NCBI GenBank assembly: GCA_037128715.1
Contig: JBAXVT010000001.1
Coordinates: 5,075-69,074 of the forward strand
Origin: Actinomycetes bacterium
GTDB lineage: Bacteria > Actinomycetota > Actinomycetes > Nanopelagicales > Nanopelagicaceae
Direction of reading: 5' to 3'
DNA: 64,000 nt
Shown here: positions 59,945 to 64,000 of the stretch, one piece after another
Layout: every line of letters starts with the position of its first letter
How positions within the stretch are numbered: the stretch's first letter is position 1
Translations under genes and position numbers: made by a program
The notes under the pieces: model-generated
Seen by the model: only the letters and a program-made list of their open reading frames with translations
Told to the model about the DNA's origin: nothing
Database searches by the model: none

Positions 59945-62098
59945 ATGAAGGCACTTGGCCGCTTCGCATTCCGTAAAAAATATTATGTCATCGGTTTTTG
60001 GTTGATCGCACTCTTCGGGATCACCGCCATCGCCCAATCGGTGGGCTCCAACTTCAGCGACTCTTTCTCGCTGCCTGGTACGGACTCTATGAAGGCGCTC
60101 TCCTTACTGGGTAAAGCATTTCCAGGAAAGGCCGGCGATACCGAGACCATCGTCTTTCACGTTAAGACTGGAACCGTCAACGATCCTTCAGTGAAGAGCG
60201 CGATGCAGGGCGTATTTGCCAAGGTCTCTGGAATATCTTCGGTGGGGGCTGTTAATTCGCCTTATGAACCAATGAATGCTCGGCAGATCAGCCAGGATCA
60301 AACGACAGCCTATGCACCCGTGAACTTCTCGGTTAATGCTCGTCTTTTGAAGAGCAAGGATGTGCAAGCGCTCGTTGACGCAGGTAAAGCCGCGACAACT
60401 TCAAATCTTGAAATTGAATTTGGTGGTCAAGCGGTTGGTCAGCTCAATGCTCCCAAGGGAAGCCCAGGCGAGATCATTGGAATCTTCGCTGCCGGTGTAA
60501 TTCTCTTTATCTCCTTTGGATCTCTCTTTGCCATGCTGCTTCCGCTGGGTGTTGCCTTGCTAGCCCTGGGAACCGCCACTGGAATCGTCACTCTTCTTAC
60601 TCATGTAATTGGTATTGCCAGCTTTGCGCCAATCCTAGGTTCCTTAATCGGCCTTGGTGTCGGCGTTGATTACGCACTCTTCATCGTCTCGCGCTATCGC
60701 AGAGAAATCTCTAACGGAGTTGAACCCGAAGAAGCTGCTGCCAAGTCGATTGATACCTCTGGTCGCGCAGTTCTCTTTGCCGGTGCAACAGTTTGTATCG
60801 CACTTTTGGGATTGTTTGTGCTTCGCCTCTCATTCCTTAATGGAGTAGCAGTTGCTGCCTCAACAACTGTTTTAGTGACCATGGCGGCCTCTCTTACTTT
60901 GCTCCCTGCGCTCTTTGGCGTAATGAAGCGTCGCGTTCACTCTCGTCGCTCTCGCAAGAGCATTGATTCGGGTACCGTTAAAGATCACGAACAGAGCTCT
61001 TGGGCTAAATGGTCACGGTTCGTCGCAAAGGCTCCACGTTCATTAGCACTGGGCGCTATTGCAATTATCGTGGTTATGTCGATTCCATATCTCTCTTTGC
61101 ACCTGGGTTCTTCAGATCAAGGCAACAATCCAAAGGGAACTACGACTCGATCTGCATATGACTTGCTGGCTAAGGGTTTTGGACCAGGAACTAATGGTCC
61201 GCTGCAGGTAATTGCAGAAATCAAGACGCCAGCAGATAAAGCTGCGCTGCAAACTGTTGCGGCCGCACTATCAACGACTCCAGGAATCGTTCTAGTAAGT
61301 CCTGTCATTTCTTCACCTGACGGAACTGTTGGGCTGCTTCAAGTTATTCCGACGACTGGGCCGCAGGATATTAAGACAAGTGATCTCATTAAATTGTTAC
61401 GTTCTACGGTGATTCCAAAGGCACTTGCCGGTAGCGCAACCCCAATTTATGTAGGTGGAACGACCGCTATCTTTGATGACTTTGCGACTGTCATTAGTGG
61501 AAAGTTGCCACTCTTTATCGGCGTGATCATTCTTCTTGGCTGCTTGCTCTTACTATTAGCATTCCGCAGCTTCGCAATTCCGTTGACTGCTGGAGTCATG
61601 AATCTTCTGGCTGCAGGTGCCTCCTTTGGTGTTGTTGTGGCAGTATTCCAGTGGGGCTGGGGGGCGAAATTACTCAACATCGGTTCTGGGCCGATCGAAG
61701 CTTTCTTGCCCGTCATTATGTTGGCAATTCTCTTTGGACTATCAATGGATTACCAGGTCTTCTTGGTCAGTCGCATGCACGAGGAATGGCTACATACAAA
61801 AGAAAATGGCAAGGCAGTTATTGTCGGTCAGACCGAGACCGGTCGAATCATTACCTCCGCAGCGCTCATCATGATTACCGTCTTCTCTTCATTTGTATTT
61901 GGTGGCGAGAAGGTCATCAAAGAGTTTGGTATTGGATTAGCCTCCGCGGTCTTTATTGATGCATTCGTGTTGCGCACAATTATGGTGCCGGCCCTGATGC
62001 ATCTCTTTGGTTCGGCTAACTGGTGGATTCCGGCTTGGCTAGAAAAGCGCCTGCCGCGCCTCTCGGTGGAGCCAGCAGAACTCGAAGAGGTTCAGTAG
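59945..62098 (+). CDS. MMPL family (RND superfamily) transporter
   Basis: 717 aa with two 6-TM bundles, each followed or preceded by a soluble loop, and VDYALFIVSRYRRE / MDYQVFLVSRMHEE repeats. Confidence 0.9.
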   Translation: MKALGRFAFRKKYYVIGFWLIALFGITAIAQSVGSNFSDSFSLPGTDSMKALSLLGKAFPGKAGDTETIVFHVKTGTVNDPSVKSAMQGVFAKVSGISSVGAVNSPYEPMNARQISQDQTTAYAPVNFSVNARLLKSKDVQALVDAGKAATTSNLEIEFGGQAVGQLNAPKGSPGEIIGIFAAGVILFISFGSLFAMLLPLGVALLALGTATGIVTLLTHVIGIASFAPILGSLIGLGVGVDYALFIVSRYRREISNGVEPEEAAAKSIDTSGRAVLFAGATVCIALLGLFVLRLSFLNGVAVAASTTVLVTMAASLTLLPALFGVMKRRVHSRRSRKSIDSGTVKDHEQSSWAKWSRFVAKAPRSLALGAIAIIVVMSIPYLSLHLGSSDQGNNPKGTTTRSAYDLLAKGFGPGTNGPLQVIAEIKTPADKAALQTVAAALSTTPGIVLVSPVISSPDGTVGLLQVIPTTGPQDIKTSDLIKLLRSTVIPKALAGSATPIYVGGTTAIFDDFATVISGKLPLFIGVIILLGCLLLLLAFRSFAIPLTAGVMNLLAAGASFGVVVAVFQWGWGAKLLNIGSGPIEAFLPVIMLAILFGLSMDYQVFLVSRMHEEWLHTKENGKAVIVGQTETGRIITSAALIMITVFSSFVFGGEKVIKEFGIGLASAVFIDAFVLRTIMVPALMHLFGSANWWIPAWLEKRLPRLSVEPAELEEVQ

Positions 62099-62346
62099 AT
62101 TTCTCTGCGGTGTCCGATATCCACAACAAGAATTATTAGTTGGGTTGCAATAAAGGAATTAATAATTCGGTAGTTGCCTACTCTAATTCGGTAACCCTCT
62201 CGACCCTTGAGCTTTATAGCCTTAGGAGGAATGGGGTTATCTCTCAATAGTTCGATGGCGCCGATTATTCGTAGACGCTCTTTATTTGGAATAGCGAGCA
62301 GGTGCTTTAGAGCTTGGGGTCGGATTTCAACCGAGTAGCGGCTCAA
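62092..62346 (-). CDS. Type II toxin, RelE/ParE family
   Basis: C-terminal pattern YRIRVGNYRII...IILVVDIGHRREIY. I chose the TTG at 62346, which overlaps the antitoxin stop (TTGA). The longer ORF to 62379 is less likely. Confidence 0.85.
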   Translation of the reverse strand: MSRYSVEIRPQALKHLLAIPNKERLRIIGAIELLRDNPIPPKAIKLKGREGYRIRVGNYRIINSFIATQLIILVVDIGHRREIY

Positions 62347-62591
62347 AGCAAACCGAGATCCTTCTTTACCCGCTCCCATGGGATCGAGGGTGAAGTGTCA
62401 GCCATGCTTTGATCAAATGCTTCGATATCTTCCAACTCCTCTACCGACTCGAGCATCGCCTGGTAAAGCGAGGGGTTAATTAAAATGGCGATGGGTTTTC
62501 CATGCTTGGAGATTGTTATTGGCTTCTTCTGGGCGCGAGAGATCACATCAGCCAGATCGGCGCGAGCCTGCGATATTGATAAGGAGGTCAT
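62343..62591 (-). CDS. Type II antitoxin, Phd/YefM family
   Basis: 82 aa with the N-terminal pattern SISQARADLADVISRAQKKPITISKHGKPIAILI and an acidic C-terminal half. Confidence 0.88.
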   Translation of the reverse strand: MTSLSISQARADLADVISRAQKKPITISKHGKPIAILINPSLYQAMLESVEELEDIEAFDQSMADTSPSIPWERVKKDLGLL

Positions 62592-62598
62592 TTCTAAA

Positions 62599-62627
62599 TT
62601 GTACTAAAGAATTCTATTTTGGTACAA
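62599..62627. promoter_or_regulatory. Candidate antitoxin operator: imperfect palindrome TTGTAC-N17-GTACAA
   Basis: It begins 8 nt upstream of the antitoxin ATG. The outer 6+6 nt are perfect and 10 of 14 arm positions are complementary. GTAC-core palindromes are the reported operator type for YefM-family antitoxins. Confidence 0.4.
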
Positions 62628-62651
62628 AACATCATGAACCATTATCTTGGA

Positions 62652-62667
62652 ATATCTATCTAGATAT
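62652..62667. repeat. Inverted repeat ATATCTA-TC-TAGATAT in the divergent TA / Grx-TrxR intergenic region
   Basis: Read directly from the sequence as 7-nt perfect arms with a 2-nt spacer. Function is unknown. Confidence 0.45.
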
Positions 62668-62771
62668 TGGGCTACCACTGCGGAATAGTTCACGCTTTAT
62701 TATTGTTTGCCAACGTAGCCAGCACCGGAGCTGCTTTTAGCGAAATAATCTAGGGATAGGTGGGCTAATTC

Positions 62772-63980
62772 ATGGAGCAGAAACTTAAGGTAATTGGCGC
62801 ATCGTGGTGTCCCGATTGCAAACGCGCTAAAACATTTCTCGGTCAACACCGTATTGAGTTTGATTGGGTTGATATGGAATCTGATCCAACAGCGCAAGCC
62901 GAAGTCGAACGCATCAATGGTGGCAAGCGCATTATTCCGACGATTATCTTCCCTGATGGTTCGATTTTGACAGAGCCATCTAATGATGAGCTCGCAGAAA
63001 AACTAGGCATAGTTCGTGAAGCGATGATGGGTTCCTACGACCTGGTTATTGCCGGAGGTGGACCAACCGCTCTCACCACAGCAATTTATGCTGCGCGCGA
63101 GAATTTGAAAGTTCTCATTATCGAGAAGTCTTCTGTTGGCGGTCAGGCCGGCGCCACTGAACGCTTTGATAATTATCCCGGCTTCCCAGATGGAATTGGG
63201 GGAGCGGAACTTGCGGGGCGCTTTGAACAGCAAGCAAAGAAATATGGCGTAGAAATTCTGCAAGCGGTTGGCGTTGACTCATTTAAAGAGATCGATAACT
63301 CCGGAGGTTACGCAGGGTTAGATATTGCACTTTCAACGGGTGCAGTCGTTCAAGCGCGTGTTCTGCTGGTGGCAACGGGATCGACTTACCGCAGAACTGG
63401 TGCCGATGGCGAAGATGATTTGATCGGTGCTGGTATTCACTTCTGCGCTACCTGCGATGGACCTTTTTACAAAGGTGTTGATGAAGTTGTTGTACTCGGG
63501 GGAGGCAACTCTGGCTTGGAGGAGGGACTCTTCCTTACTCAATTTGCTAACCATGTAACCGTGATTGAGCGCGGCTCGGAACTGCGTGGTTCGAAGTTGC
63601 TGCAGGAGAAGGTCTATAACCACCCCAAAATGTCGGTCAAACTCAATGAGGCGGTGCAGTCCTTTAGCGCCAATGAAAAGGGGCAATTGCAGGCGGTAGA
63701 ACTGGAAAATCTGATCACGTCAGTGCGATCTACGCACGCTGCCAAGGGCGCATTTATTTTTATTGGCCTTGACCCAAATACCGAGTGGTTAAATGGATCG
63801 GTCGCGCTAGATGAGCGCAAATTCGTCGCCACCGATCAGATGTTTAATACATCTGCACCCGGGGTATTCGCAGCAGGAGATGTGCGTGGTGGATCTACCA
63901 AGCAACTTGCATCAGCAGTAGGCGAAGGTGCGGCAGCCGCGATTCAAATCCGTTATTTCTTGGATAAGTTAGAGAAGTAA
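62772..63980 (+). CDS. Glutaredoxin-fold (CPDC) domain fused to a low-Mr thioredoxin-reductase-like flavoprotein
   Basis: The N-terminal ~85 aa read KVIGASWCPDCKRAKTFL...IPTIIFPDGS. The TrxR module follows, with VIAGGGPTALTTAIYAAR, the redox-active CATCDG, GGGNSGLEEG and GVFAAGDV. Confidence 0.88.
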   Translation: MEQKLKVIGASWCPDCKRAKTFLGQHRIEFDWVDMESDPTAQAEVERINGGKRIIPTIIFPDGSILTEPSNDELAEKLGIVREAMMGSYDLVIAGGGPTALTTAIYAARENLKVLIIEKSSVGGQAGATERFDNYPGFPDGIGGAELAGRFEQQAKKYGVEILQAVGVDSFKEIDNSGGYAGLDIALSTGAVVQARVLLVATGSTYRRTGADGEDDLIGAGIHFCATCDGPFYKGVDEVVVLGGGNSGLEEGLFLTQFANHVTVIERGSELRGSKLLQEKVYNHPKMSVKLNEAVQSFSANEKGQLQAVELENLITSVRSTHAAKGAFIFIGLDPNTEWLNGSVALDERKFVATDQMFNTSAPGVFAAGDVRGGSTKQLASAVGEGAAAAIQIRYFLDKLEK

Positions 63981-64000
63981 AGGTTAGAGAGCAGATGCAA

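Noticed and set aside
1-64000. Search for CRISPR arrays, rRNA, IS elements, integrases, phage genes and large direct or inverted repeats
   Set aside because: Every stretch longer than 180 nt is occupied by a coherent protein-coding gene or the single tRNA. No transposase or integrase-like ORF and no repeat-spacer periodicity were seen. A computational self-dot-plot would be needed to exclude short dispersed repeats.

Overview
This is a very compact chromosomal segment. By my tally of the gaps, about 1.7 kb of 64 kb is non-coding, so roughly 97% is coding. Many start/stop codons overlap (ATGA, GTGA, TAATG, TGATG), and several convergent genes overlap at their 3' ends. Gene content and order are typical of Actinobacteria: tilS-hpt-ftsH-folEPBK, panC, nadBC, coaX, lysS, clpC1-type clpC, then mutY-radA on the opposite strand. 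The moderate GC and tight packing suggest a streamlined, possibly freshwater actinobacterium. That is an inference, not an identification. The window holds about 60 protein genes and one tRNA-Tyr(GTA). It divides into seven blocks. (1) 1-20 kb is housekeeping: folate, pantothenate/CoA, NAD, LysRS, ClpC, RadA and MutY. (2) 21-24.8 kb is a convergent pair of secreted repeat proteins plus a small glutaredoxin-like gene. (3) 24.8-29.7 kb is an XPB-type helicase operon. (4) 30.5-44.1 kb joins the cytochrome c maturation genes (resA-ccdA-resB-ccsB) to an almost complete classical menaquinone locus (menA, E, B, C, D, F, G plus a polyprenyl synthase), with bioY embedded. (5) 44-47.6 kb carries transporters, yajQ and tdk. 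(6) 47.6-56.9 kb looks more accessory: a NitT/TauT-type ABC importer, a CitA/CitB-type two-component system, a frameshift-split OafA-like acyltransferase and an MsbA-like ABC exporter, ending at tRNA-Tyr. (7) The rest holds ppdK, an MMPL transporter, a RelE/ParE-Phd/YefM toxin-antitoxin pair and a glutaredoxin-fold::thioredoxin-reductase fusion. I found no CRISPR array, rRNA, IS/transposase, integrase or prophage gene, and no intergenic gap longer than about 180 nt. I see no clear-cut novel multi-gene system. The best candidates for follow-up are the secreted HExxH-FN3-repeat protein pair, the Cys-rich protein co-operonic with radA-mutY, the XPB / M20 / large partner operon, the split acyltransferase and the Grx-TrxR fusion.
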